Assembly: GCA_041736805.1 (NCBI GenBank)
Contig: JBGSSW010000016.1
Coordinates: 66,526 to 130,525 of the forward strand
DNA length: 64,000 nt
Direction of reading: 5' to 3'
Origin: Minisyncoccia bacterium
Lineage (GTDB): Bacteria; Patescibacteriota; Minisyncoccia; Phycocordibacterales; UBA918
Position 1 is the first letter of the stretch; each line of letters starts with the position of its first letter. Positions 1-9,006 of the stretch are shown piece by piece. The notes below the pieces were generated by a model. The model ran no database searches and was not told where the DNA came from. It saw nothing but the letters and a program-made list of their open reading frames with translations. A program made the translations under genes and the position numbers.

Positions 1-887
1 CAGGATAGTAGACCGTTACCGAACGCAAACTTCATTGCGCCTTTCTGTAAAATTGGATTGTTATTTTTCTTATCTAATTCACGTTGTACTTCTAGAAACA
101 AGCTCTTTTTAATTAGTGGCTCGTATCGATGAGGAAAGTTACCATATTGAGTTTGCATCACGCCGTGGTAAAAGGGATTACACAGTAAGTGGTGCAAAGC
201 ACTAGATTTAAATGGTAGACCCTTCTTTGTTTTTACTTTTTCCTTCGCCAACCAATCACATAGAGTATTGAGTGAGTAGTTGCCTGTCCTGTACCGTTCA
301 AAGATTTCTTTTACGTAATATGCCTCGTAGTGGTTAACTACCAAATCAGCTCTTGTTCTCTTTTCTTTATTACGAGGCACGTTATCGTATCCAAATAGTG
401 CAGTTCCTATCCAGCATCCATCCTTTCTTTTATGCTCGAAAGCACGCTTAACGTTGTCACTTAGTTGGAGAACATAACTTTTAGCAAATAAGACTCCCAT
501 ATCCCACCTGATGATTTCGGCACTATTAGAATCACGATGAATGACAAGACCCTCTCTGTAAAAGTGCAATTCAACCTTTCCAGTCTTTCGCATCTCATCA
601 AGCATTACAGACTCTTTGTAACTACGCTGTAGTCGGTCAATAGTATCGACAACCAAAGCACAGGTATTTTTTGACTTACTAATTTCAGCAATTATTTCCT
701 GAAACTTTTTTCTGTCGGCTTTGGTAGATGATTCTTTGATTTGATATTCAATGACTTCCTTAAAGCCAACTGATTGCGAGTAACGTCTAAGGCGATGTAT
801 TTGTGCTTCGTTTGATTCTTGTTCCTTATCGGAAACTCGTGCCACTACATAAGCAGTGACATCCTTTTTTGTTTTTATATGACTCAT
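1..887 (-). CDS. Large serine recombinase (site-specific integrase/resolvase family), 5' portion only; the 3' end lies beyond the window start
   Basis: My reverse-complement translation from the ATG at 887 gives MSHIKTKKDVTAYVVARVSDKEQESNEAQIHRL... The YxxARVSxxxQ motif is the catalytic serine motif of the resolvase/invertase N-terminal domain. The reading frame stays open for at least 295 aa to the window edge, consistent with a large serine recombinase. It is absent from the ORF track because its stop is off-window. Confidence 0.8.
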   Translation of the reverse strand, partial: MSHIKTKKDVTAYVVARVSDKEQESNEAQIHRLRRYSQSVGFKEVIEYQIKESSTKADRKKFQEIIAEISKSKNTCALVVDTIDRLQRSYKESVMLDEMRKTGKVELHFYREGLVIHRDSNSAEIIRWDMGVLFAKSYVLQLSDNVKRAFEHKRKDGCWIGTALFGYDNVPRNKEKRTRADLVVNHYEAYYVKEIFERYRTGNYSLNTLCDWLAKEKVKTKKGLPFKSSALHHLLCNPFYHGVMQTQYGNFPHRYEPLIKKSLFLEVQRELDKKNNNPILQKGAMKFAFGNGLLS

Positions 888-907
888 ACTAGGTACTATA
901 CGATTGA

Positions 908-1090
908 TTAATTTCCATTTACGATTTCCTTAATGTAGTCAGGTGCATTTGGGTCGGAATTCAATCTTTCTGCAATACCATAGAGAATCACAAACAAATC
1001 ACCCACGTGAGTGTTTGATTTGCTTTCAACTTCAGGAGTGTCGAAGCCAGTTTGTAGTTCTTGTTGGCGTTGTTTTTGTTTCCGACTCAT
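908..1090 (-). CDS. Small hypothetical protein (60 aa) immediately upstream of, and co-oriented with, the recombinase. A recombination directionality factor role is speculative.
   Basis: ORF track. Tight spacing with the recombinase gene. No recognisable motif. Confidence 0.3.
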   Translation of the reverse strand: MSRKQKQRQQELQTGFDTPEVESKSNTHVGDLFVILYGIAERLNSDPNAPDYIKEIVNGN

Positions 1091-1135
1091 ACTTATGATG
1101 AGCTTTTTGGGCTCATCTAAAGCATAAGTGGCAAC

Positions 1136-1954
1136 TTATAAAACGTCCTTTTTAAAGGATTCTATAGTCTCCAAAAGGAAACTATAGGACGGTTTAGGAC
1201 GAAACGATTTATTAACTTGGTTCGATTTAAGTCTTTCGTAACTTCTTTTAAGCATCTTCTCTGAGCAAAATAAGTTATCTATGTCGCTTTGTAAAACAGG
1301 GTTTTGGAAATGGACACTTTTTGCAGAAGCTATTGGAAAAAAGGCTTTACTAAGAGGTTTAATAAAACCATAGTTGTTTAGGGTCTTACGAACTGAAAAA
1401 GGTTCCCTCGTACCAGTTTTTTGCTTTATATAATTTAGGATATCAATTGTGGGGATGTCCTTGTTTGGATTTTTTAAAATATGTTGCCAAAAATGATAAG
1501 GCTGACTACCATCCTGTGGTTTAAGTAGTGTAAACTCATTATTAAAAACAATACCATCTTTAAAATTCATCGTTATTATGAACCGAGGAAACAACGAAAG
1601 GGGTACTACAATTTTAGTAAATTTTTGAAAGTTAATTGTAAAAGTTGCTATCGCACCGTAAATGATTTCATCATTATCATCTGGCATAGACACATCAAAA
1701 GTCTTCGTTCCAATTGCCAGCTTTGATACTGCCTGATGTGCTTCCAAAAACCGCAATACTGCATATTTTTCAGTGCCATCTTGTCCCTCGTTTCCACCAT
1801 CAACTTCACCCAAATACATTGAAAGCTCCGCTGACTTTGCGTCAACATTAACTGCTTTCTCTAATGCTAGAAAGACGTCACGTATGTGGCGAGAGAAGTT
1901 TTTTGGGTAAACTGTAATATCCTGCATATCATTAAGTATAATAGCAATTCTCAT
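1136..1954 (-). CDS. Hypothetical protein (272 aa), accessory/phage-like
   Basis: Long ORF co-oriented with the recombinase. Very low GC. No recognisable motif. Confidence 0.45.
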   Translation of the reverse strand: MRIAIILNDMQDITVYPKNFSRHIRDVFLALEKAVNVDAKSAELSMYLGEVDGGNEGQDGTEKYAVLRFLEAHQAVSKLAIGTKTFDVSMPDDNDEIIYGAIATFTINFQKFTKIVVPLSLFPRFIITMNFKDGIVFNNEFTLLKPQDGSQPYHFWQHILKNPNKDIPTIDILNYIKQKTGTREPFSVRKTLNNYGFIKPLSKAFFPIASAKSVHFQNPVLQSDIDNLFCSEKMLKRSYERLKSNQVNKSFRPKPSYSFLLETIESFKKDVL

Positions 1955-2279
1955 CGGACAAAGTTAGATGTTTAATGAACGTAATCCTGCTTATTACCCT
2001 GTGAATAACTATAATCGAAAAAAGTATTACTAGATTTAAGAATAATAGCCATATTTAATATAGCTATTTTAAGAATTTAATTACTAATTTTAAGAATGCA
2101 TTATAGAAGCAAATTCATAGTTTAAATAGTTATGCGAGTTACGTGAGTTTTTAGTTGAACTCTCCTCTTTGTATAGTGCGTTAAGGTGTTGGGTTGTGGC
2201 GACCAAATACAAAAATCTTATTGGATATGTCGCCACGCTAATAAGGTTTTTGTATTTACAACTAGCCCTCAACAACACT

Positions 2280-2738
2280 CAATCGTTTATCTGGGAATGA
2301 TAAACGTGCTCTTTTAATCCAGATGCTGGCACTGACTGCAACTTGTCACCCAGCGAAGCCTAGTGTGGAGGGGTGGATTTTACTACCTAGGCTTTCCCGT
2401 CATTGTCGGAAGTAAGCAAAGTCGATTATTAGTAACGCTTGCCAATGAGGGAACCAGAGACGAATTGTGACGATACTCAATCACCTCGGTAACGCAATAC
2501 CTGGACGAGGAAGTAGTCTCTTAATCCACCAAGCAGAATGGAACACTCACTTGTCTTGTCGCTGACCGTACTTACTTTGAATTAACAAGGTTGGAAGGAG
2601 AAATCCAAGGAGACGGAAGTACGAGAGAACACACCAAGTGCCGATAGTCATTCGAAAGGAGTTAAATTGTATCACTCATAATGCGACCGAATACCGCTCT
2701 TTAGCGTAAGGGAAAAAGCTTTACCACTTTTATCAACA
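2280..2738. ncRNA. Candidate structured noncoding RNA (~450 nt, ORF-free on both strands, GC about 48% within a ~30% GC neighbourhood). Family and strand unknown.
   Basis: No ORF of 60 aa or more on either strand between 2279 and 2738. There is an abrupt GC rise and many short complementary segments. I found no match to RNase P, tmRNA or tRNA consensus. Confidence 0.25.
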
Positions 2739-2937
2739 ATGTGGCGGAGCTTCGCTCCTAATTGCTATATATGTATGACAAAAAATAATGTAATAACAAT
2801 AATTAAAGTAAGTAATTTTTATTACCGTTTTTTGTTGTGTCTATCTATTTTATATAAACGTAGACAGCTATCCGATGCAATCAGTCGTTCACTAACGGTA
2901 TACACATTACAAATCAATTACGTAGAATCACGTATTT

Positions 2938-3534
2938 TTGCGTGTAAATTACAGTATGTTTAATTCACTTAACTTAAAAGAAATAACTGCAATCGAACTA
3001 AAATATTTAGGAAATACCAATGTTCAAATTGCTGAAAAAATTGACATCCCTGCACGCACTGTAGAGGGTTGGTTTATTAGTGGAGGTAAGCTTGAAGTCG
3101 AGTATCACGATTATTCAAAGCGTTTAAATAAATTACGTTTTGAAAACGTCTCTGAGCAAATTGCTTTAAACGACCAAGAAGTTTTGATTACCACTACAAA
3201 TGTAGTGCGTCACTTCGCTCGCAGACTACAACCAAGAGAAGTTACGCTAGTTCGTGAAGATGGTAATGCTGTGGTAGATGAAAACGGAAAAGCCAAAACT
3301 GTTTTGGTTGAACCAGACGCTCGTTTCACTATGAATGACTTTAAGACGGCTTGGCAGATACAACGCATTATGCAAGGCAAGCCAATTGACTACGTAAAGC
3401 AAGAAATTGAGACGACAAGCTTTGAACACGATGTGGTTATGAAAGAGCTTGGTTTGACAACAGAAGACTTCTCTGACGAAAGAATTGATGAAACAACCAA
3501 ACTGATCACGGACTATTTACTTAATTGTAAATAA
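2938..3534 (+). CDS. Hypothetical protein with a possible N-terminal HTH (phage-like); the true start may be the Met at 2956
   Basis: ORF track. The segment LNLKEITAIELKYLGNTNVQIAEKIDIPARTVEGW resembles a sigma-region-4/terminase-small-subunit type HTH. Confidence 0.45.
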   Translation: MRVNYSMFNSLNLKEITAIELKYLGNTNVQIAEKIDIPARTVEGWFISGGKLEVEYHDYSKRLNKLRFENVSEQIALNDQEVLITTTNVVRHFARRLQPREVTLVREDGNAVVDENGKAKTVLVEPDARFTMNDFKTAWQIQRIMQGKPIDYVKQEIETTSFEHDVVMKELGLTTEDFSDERIDETTKLITDYLLNCK

Positions 3535-3761
3535 TCTGCTTAGTTTGAGATTCTGCAATATCAATATATAATCTCTATACAACTGAATATAGACCTAACC
3601 CGTTAGTTTCGACTGACGGTATGGTTGAAAAACGCACGATACAAGAGACCCTGTCATATTAGGGCGTATCGTGCGTTGCCACTGGAAACGGTGGTAGGGG
3701 TTACCGAAAGGTGTCCTCCTAATGTGGCAGGTTTTGTTGTACCTGCTTCTAACTTTTAATT

Positions 3762-4274
3762 ATGACAAACATAAATGAAGCAAGGGCAGTCTGCCCAAAG
3801 TGTGCAGAAGATGTGAAGCCTGAAGCAAGTATTTGCAAACACTGCGGAAGTAAAATTACTCCAGTTTCCGCCGATAAAGTTAAGAAGCGAAGCGTCCCTG
3901 TTTTAAAGTGGTTTATTTTTATTTGTATAGCAGGAATTATAACGTCGTCAGTTATTTCAAGTACGAGCCAAATGAGTAGCCAATCTACGGCACCTGACCA
4001 CTGTTCTATGGCTTACGTAAAAAGCCAAAACTACGTCGAAGATGTTTTAAAGTCACCTAAGTCTGCAGACTTTCCAATGTTTGAATATACCGCTACCGAT
4101 ATTGGTGACGGTGGATGTGAAGTGAGTGGCTATGTTGATGCAGAAAATAGCTTTGGAGCTAACATTCGTAGCTACTGGACAACCACTGTTCGATTCAATG
4201 GTGGAAGTACAGGAGACTCACTGAACTGGACGCTCGAAAAAATGGTGGTAGATGGTGAAGTCGTATATCCATAG
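3762..4274 (+). CDS. Zinc-ribbon (CxxC-x15-CxxC) membrane-anchored protein with an extracytoplasmic domain
   Basis: CPKC...CKHCGSK near the N-terminus, one hydrophobic helix (VLKWFIFICIAGIITSSVI), then a Ser-rich linker. Confidence 0.5.
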   Translation: MTNINEARAVCPKCAEDVKPEASICKHCGSKITPVSADKVKKRSVPVLKWFIFICIAGIITSSVISSTSQMSSQSTAPDHCSMAYVKSQNYVEDVLKSPKSADFPMFEYTATDIGDGGCEVSGYVDAENSFGANIRSYWTTTVRFNGGSTGDSLNWTLEKMVVDGEVVYP

Positions 4275-4313
4275 CTCCTCACCAGTACAAACGGCCTACA
4301 AGGCAGATTTAGG

Positions 4314-4556
4314 CTAAATACGGCAGGCTACAACGGGTACTGACTGGTATTGTTTTGCTGTAAGTTCATTACTTTGGCCAGATAGGATATCTGCCAGTAT
4401 TTTACTCTCAAAAGGTAGAGTGGCTTCACCTGTAGTAGTTTTAATGTGGGTCACAAACGGAAAAGTGCTTCCGCTGATAGGAGTAGTACGAATTACCTCA
4501 ACTCCGTCAGTTAGGTATAAACATTGTTTTGTGGCTTTCTCAAATAGGCTTCGCAT
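4314..4556 (-). CDS. Hypothetical small protein (80 aa)
   Basis: ORF track only. Confidence 0.25.
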   Translation of the reverse strand: MRSLFEKATKQCLYLTDGVEVIRTTPISGSTFPFVTHIKTTTGEATLPFESKILADILSGQSNELTAKQYQSVPVVACRI

Positions 4557-4598
4557 ACTTAAATGCTAACACTTAATTTTGTTTATGTAGACTATAAG

Positions 4599-7283
4599 TT
4601 AACTCAAAATTGAGATGAGCCATTCGTAAGAAGCTTCACCTTGCTTTCTTTCAACATTATTCATTACACGCCCGTGCTTGACTGCATTTCTGTATTCCTT
4701 GAGTTGCAAGAAGTGCTTCTCGACTTCACCCCTAGAGCCAAAGACGCTCTCAAAAATATCCCAGTTTACAGATATAGTTTCTTGGTAATCCATTATATCG
4801 CAATAGTCAAAACGGTTTCTTGCACTAATAGGCTGACTTCTTTCTGCTGGGTGACGTTTAAATCTTTGCTCTAACTTTTGTTCAACACGTTGCTTTACAC
4901 CATTTGAAACTTTAGCGTCCCAATAATCAGCACCGAAAGCTTTACTCAAATGGGAATCAATAAAGTCTCTCAAATTTAATTCTAATTCATCAACTGCTGT
5001 TTCAGGTGCAGTTTCAAGAACTTCTTCGGTGTCAGGACTCAAGCCAATTTTGCTTCTAATTACCCTAATGATACTTTTTTCTCTTTCTTCGAGAAACCCA
5101 TCGAAGTTATCACTTTGAAGTAGAGCAAGTCCAACCGCACTAATTGTGTGCGACTCCAGTACTTCTGTAAGCGCCTGTTCATTGGATGAGTATTTGTCAG
5201 TTAAAAACTCATTTATGTAGACAGAAGGTACTTTATCCCTTTTTCTCATATTAGTTTCTTTTGACAACCAGGTCATATTAAGAACTGAATTAATATACGG
5301 ATGTTGCGAAAAACCAGCACTGTTAGACTTTGGGAAAATATGGTCTTTGTCATTACTTCTAGCCATCTCTAAAGCGTGTCCTGTTTCAAAATCTACAGCT
5401 CCAGCTAAAGCAATTAATGACATCACACCTTTGTATATTGCATTAGAATGGTTGTTTACCTCTTTTAAATCAAGATTTGAAAGGTCATTTCTGGCTTGTG
5501 TCACTACTTTAGGAATATTTTCTTCACCATTGAACCAATTCATAACCTCCTTATAGTCAGAAGTCATTTGAGTCTCTGCAGACGATGAGTAAGCGTTAGT
5601 AAAAATTGCTGACCAATACCACTGATCAATCTTTGACTGGCACAATAATCTGTCTGCTCTTGTGGCCGCTTCCATATTCAAAGCTGTGAGTACAGGAATC
5701 ATTGGAGAAAACGGCACCTCCTTATCATTTAATACACCGTAACCTGTACGTAAGTTTTCGAGCAAGTTAAAGGTTGATTCGAGATTTTCAACCACTTGAT
5801 TCCAGAGCGTGATAAATTCTTCAGCTGAAGATAGGGACAAGTTCTCGTATAAAGAAAGTAAATCTTTCTTCTTTGCTGAACTTGAGGGATGATGGATTAA
5901 TGAAAGGCACTGAAAAATGAACATCTTGGTTTTTTCAGACTTACAGTAGTTATTGATTCCTTCATAGTTCTCAAGTACCGATTCCCAGAGATTTCTCAAG
6001 TTGATGCCATTCCTAAGCAGTTTTGCGATTAGCAAATCAAATGTGCCAAGTGGTTTACCTTCAGTGTTAATTTTTTCAAAAATAACTGATACTTGTGCTA
6101 AGTCCATACTGCTAGGCAGAACAACAAACGGTATCTGAAAGCCTTGCCACATATGCCTGACTCTGGATTCAATCAATCTTTTTAGGTCTCTTAATTTCTC
6201 ATACGGTAAGTCAGCTTCAGTTGTATGTAAGTAGTCTTCAAGTCCGTCTAGCCATTCAAATGAATTTGAGAGCTTGTTAATTGGAAATAACAAACTTTCA
6301 TAGGTTTCAATGTTTGACAACTCTCTATCCTTCACAGTAATAATCCTCTCACTATTTTGTTCAAGAATAAAATTCTTAAAATCAATATAGTAATATGAAT
6401 TTTTAGAAGTACCCTTAAGAGGAAAATCGGGTGACTTAATCGCATAGTAAAGTGCGGTACAACGCTGTTGCCCATCCAGTATTATAAAATCAGTTCGACT
6501 CAATGAATTTGACGAACCTTGAATCGCAATCAACTCTAAAGGGGCTTGCTCATCTGATTCCCACAGTAAAAAGGCTCCGACATAGTAATCATTAAAGATT
6601 GATTCCAGAAGTGACCGCACGCTTTCTCTATTCCAATCAAAATATCTTTGGAAATTAGGAATCGCCCATCTGGTATCTAAATTTTCTATAATTCGTGCGA
6701 CATCAATTCTGTCCGGGCTACTTAAAGCGTGGGGAGAAAAACTGACAGTCGATAAATCTACTGATGTTACAAAATGCTTCAATCTTTCAGTTTCGAGTAC
6801 AGTGTCTACATCATAGTTTTCTGATGTAACAATTCTTTCAAAATCAGCAGAATTAATTTTCCTTATGCCACCCTGTAGATACGGCCCCCAAGAATAGGGA
6901 TTTTTGATAAATGACAAGTTGTTTAGTAGCGGTTTTATTGGCTTTGGTCTATCAAAAATTAATATGTCCGCTAAGTCCAGTCTGAACATATCCTCACTAC
7001 TAAAATAATTGTGAGAAGTATCACTTTCTCTATAAGCGGATGATGTGGCAGTAGCTGTACCAACAAAATGCTGATTTTCACCACCTAAGTAAAAAACAAT
7101 CTTGTCTCCAGGGACAATCTTAGCTCTTGCGGCTGTTCTAGGGTGTAAACCCCAAACACTCTTCGACATTAAATCAGTATAGATTTCAGATGCAGAAATC
7201 CTGTTGCCTGTACTGTCCTGATGCGACGTTATTATTGATATATAGTTACTCATAATGATGATTACTTTGAGTAAGCATATCAT
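4599..7283 (-). CDS. GmrSD-like type IV restriction endonuclease fusion: N-terminal EVE/PUA-like domain, DUF262 (DGQQR), DUF1524 (His-Me finger, DHIFP) and a C-terminal HEPN-like Rx4H motif. The probable true start is the Met at 7253.
   Basis: VWGLHPRTAARAKIVPGDKIVFYLGG...FVGTATATSSAY matches the EVE pattern (W.G....ARN....pGD...FY). IILDGQQRCTALYYAI is the DUF262 signature. DKDHIFPKS...N...L is DUF1524 HNH-like. The terminal LKEYRNAVKHGR is a HEPN Rx4-6H motif. Confidence 0.7.
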   Translation of the reverse strand: MICLLKVIIIMSNYISIITSHQDSTGNRISASEIYTDLMSKSVWGLHPRTAARAKIVPGDKIVFYLGGENQHFVGTATATSSAYRESDTSHNYFSSEDMFRLDLADILIFDRPKPIKPLLNNLSFIKNPYSWGPYLQGGIRKINSADFERIVTSENYDVDTVLETERLKHFVTSVDLSTVSFSPHALSSPDRIDVARIIENLDTRWAIPNFQRYFDWNRESVRSLLESIFNDYYVGAFLLWESDEQAPLELIAIQGSSNSLSRTDFIILDGQQRCTALYYAIKSPDFPLKGTSKNSYYYIDFKNFILEQNSERIITVKDRELSNIETYESLLFPINKLSNSFEWLDGLEDYLHTTEADLPYEKLRDLKRLIESRVRHMWQGFQIPFVVLPSSMDLAQVSVIFEKINTEGKPLGTFDLLIAKLLRNGINLRNLWESVLENYEGINNYCKSEKTKMFIFQCLSLIHHPSSSAKKKDLLSLYENLSLSSAEEFITLWNQVVENLESTFNLLENLRTGYGVLNDKEVPFSPMIPVLTALNMEAATRADRLLCQSKIDQWYWSAIFTNAYSSSAETQMTSDYKEVMNWFNGEENIPKVVTQARNDLSNLDLKEVNNHSNAIYKGVMSLIALAGAVDFETGHALEMARSNDKDHIFPKSNSAGFSQHPYINSVLNMTWLSKETNMRKRDKVPSVYINEFLTDKYSSNEQALTEVLESHTISAVGLALLQSDNFDGFLEEREKSIIRVIRSKIGLSPDTEEVLETAPETAVDELELNLRDFIDSHLSKAFGADYWDAKVSNGVKQRVEQKLEQRFKRHPAERSQPISARNRFDYCDIMDYQETISVNWDIFESVFGSRGEVEKHFLQLKEYRNAVKHGRVMNNVERKQGEASYEWLISILS

Positions 7284-7321
7284 TATAATTCATTATTTTC
7301 AGCTAAAATGATATAGTTTAA

Positions 7322-7939
7322 ATGACATTTATTTATATGGTTAAATACATAATTTTTCGATACCTAACTAACGCAGATTTTTTTAATATCTATAAACAAC
7401 CTGGTACGGAGTTAGGTGGTGGTGGTCAGGCTTATATTGATTTTCCTGCACAAGATGTATCTCTAGAGAAATGGGGTAAGTTTTTTGAAGACGCAAATAG
7501 TATTGTTTGTGACTCTGGAGAACAAGGCCCTATCTGGTATGTGCCACTAAATAGTATCGGTGTACAAGGTTCTCAAGAGGTAAAGATTTACCAGAGAAGA
7601 GCACAAAGTATATGCATTGCTTCACAACGAATTACTAGCACTAGAGAAAATCGAGTTAAGTCGTGGCATCCAGAAAATGGCTTTCCAGAACCTGCCGACC
7701 CATTAGAACGTAATCAACTTCCTCAGAATCTTCTTGTTTATCTACTTAGAACTAGCAACGATGAATTTTGGGCTGGATGGTCATTAAATCAAGTTCCTGC
7801 GAGAGACAATAATGCGATACAGCTAATTGCTGAAATGCACAATGAGGCTATGTCAGAAGGTCATTCTGGTTTTATTGAACCAACTGACACCCTACTGTTT
7901 GATTCAACTGATAAGGAAAAACCCTTCTTTACATCTTAA
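7322..7939 (+). CDS. Hypothetical protein (205 aa); candidate restriction endonuclease partner of the adjacent methyltransferases
   Basis: It lies between the type IV gene and the two methyltransferases, converging on them with an 11-bp overlap. It contains a possible D...EVK PD-(D/E)xK-like arrangement (CDSGEQG...SQEVKIY). The assignment rests mainly on genomic context. Confidence 0.4.
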   Translation: MTFIYMVKYIIFRYLTNADFFNIYKQPGTELGGGGQAYIDFPAQDVSLEKWGKFFEDANSIVCDSGEQGPIWYVPLNSIGVQGSQEVKIYQRRAQSICIASQRITSTRENRVKSWHPENGFPEPADPLERNQLPQNLLVYLLRTSNDEFWAGWSLNQVPARDNNAIQLIAEMHNEAMSEGHSGFIEPTDTLLFDSTDKEKPFFTS

Positions 7940-9005
7940 CCTCAATCAAATACTCAGTTAAGTTTTTACCAAGCTTGCTAGCGTTACTTTTAAATCGCTT
8001 ATGACTTATTTCCTCTAATGAAACTTCTCCGTATTTTTTTAATCCTACGAGTAACTCCTTTATCGGAATTAAACCATCTTCACTATAACTAATTAAAAAG
8101 CTATTGCATTTGACACCAGTCAAAATTTTATCAAAGGAGTCCCAAATTTTTGTTTTGGTGCAAAAATTTGAATATTGGTCTCGCCAAGGTCTTAGTCCAC
8201 TCACACCAATGGCTTGAGGGTCATCCTCCCGTGCCAACGTTTCTAGAATATGGTAGTTAGCCGCATATTGTCTTTTCATATATGGAGGGTCAATGTAACA
8301 AACACTGCACTGAATTGTATTTGCTAAATCTTCAGCATATCCCTTATAAACATTGTGCTTTGATAATTTTGAATCAGCAACAAAATTTGTTGCTATTGAC
8401 GGCTTTAAATACAGAACATCATTTGCTCGCCCAGTCAGCTTGGAAAGATAGTGACCGTAAGTTCCTGAAATATTTGCTACGTCATTTACCGCCAAGATTA
8501 AATCATTCAATAGTAGTGAATGCTCGATGTCATTAATTACTTTTTCTTGGTAAGCGTTTCTTATCCAATTTCTAATTGCATCAATTTTAGAAGCATTGTG
8601 TGGAGAAAAGTAGTTACGTGGCCCATCACCAGAGCTAGGCTTTCCTTCAATACAAAACTCTTTATAAAAATACTTTTTTTGTGGCTTAAGATTGTTTAGA
8701 TAAAGTAAAACATCTACATAGCCGTTTTCATTGTCATTTTTATTCAGCTTTTGATTAATAAATTTATTGGCTTTTTTAAAAGTAGGAGTCTTATCAATTA
8801 AAAGCACTACACGAGCGTGATGGTATGAATATGTCATAACATCTGTCGCAATTACAGAAAAACCCCGCTCTTTTAAAGCTTTAGAAACTGTAGCTGTACC
8901 ACACATCAAATCACAAACCACGTCTCCTTCCTTTGTAATTGATTCAATTTTGTCTACAATTTTGTCTACAATTTTACTTTTAGAACCAATATACCTATGT
9001 CCCAT
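7929..9005 (-). CDS. DNA methyltransferase (N6-adenine or N4-cytosine) with motif I FxGxG-like near the N-terminus and DPPY motif IV near the C-terminus (alpha-class order)
   Basis: VVCDLMCGTATVS (AdoMet-binding motif) ... CYIDPPYMKRQY (DPPY catalytic motif). Confidence 0.8.
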   Translation of the reverse strand: MGHRYIGSKSKIVDKIVDKIESITKEGDVVCDLMCGTATVSKALKERGFSVIATDVMTYSYHHARVVLLIDKTPTFKKANKFINQKLNKNDNENGYVDVLLYLNNLKPQKKYFYKEFCIEGKPSSGDGPRNYFSPHNASKIDAIRNWIRNAYQEKVINDIEHSLLLNDLILAVNDVANISGTYGHYLSKLTGRANDVLYLKPSIATNFVADSKLSKHNVYKGYAEDLANTIQCSVCYIDPPYMKRQYAANYHILETLAREDDPQAIGVSGLRPWRDQYSNFCTKTKIWDSFDKILTGVKCNSFLISYSEDGLIPIKELLVGLKKYGEVSLEEISHKRFKSNASKLGKNLTEYLIEVKM

Positions 9006-9006
9006 T

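Noticed and set aside
2280-2738. RNase P RNA, tmRNA or group II intron domain V identity for the GC-rich noncoding block
   Set aside because: The conserved P4 (GAAAGTCCGG...), the tmRNA tag region and the domain V consensus were not found by eye. I keep it only as an unclassified candidate ncRNA.
8282-8536. 84-aa + strand ORF inside the methyltransferase gene, and the similar 9914-10153 ORF
   Set aside because: Both are antisense to confidently assigned methyltransferase genes.
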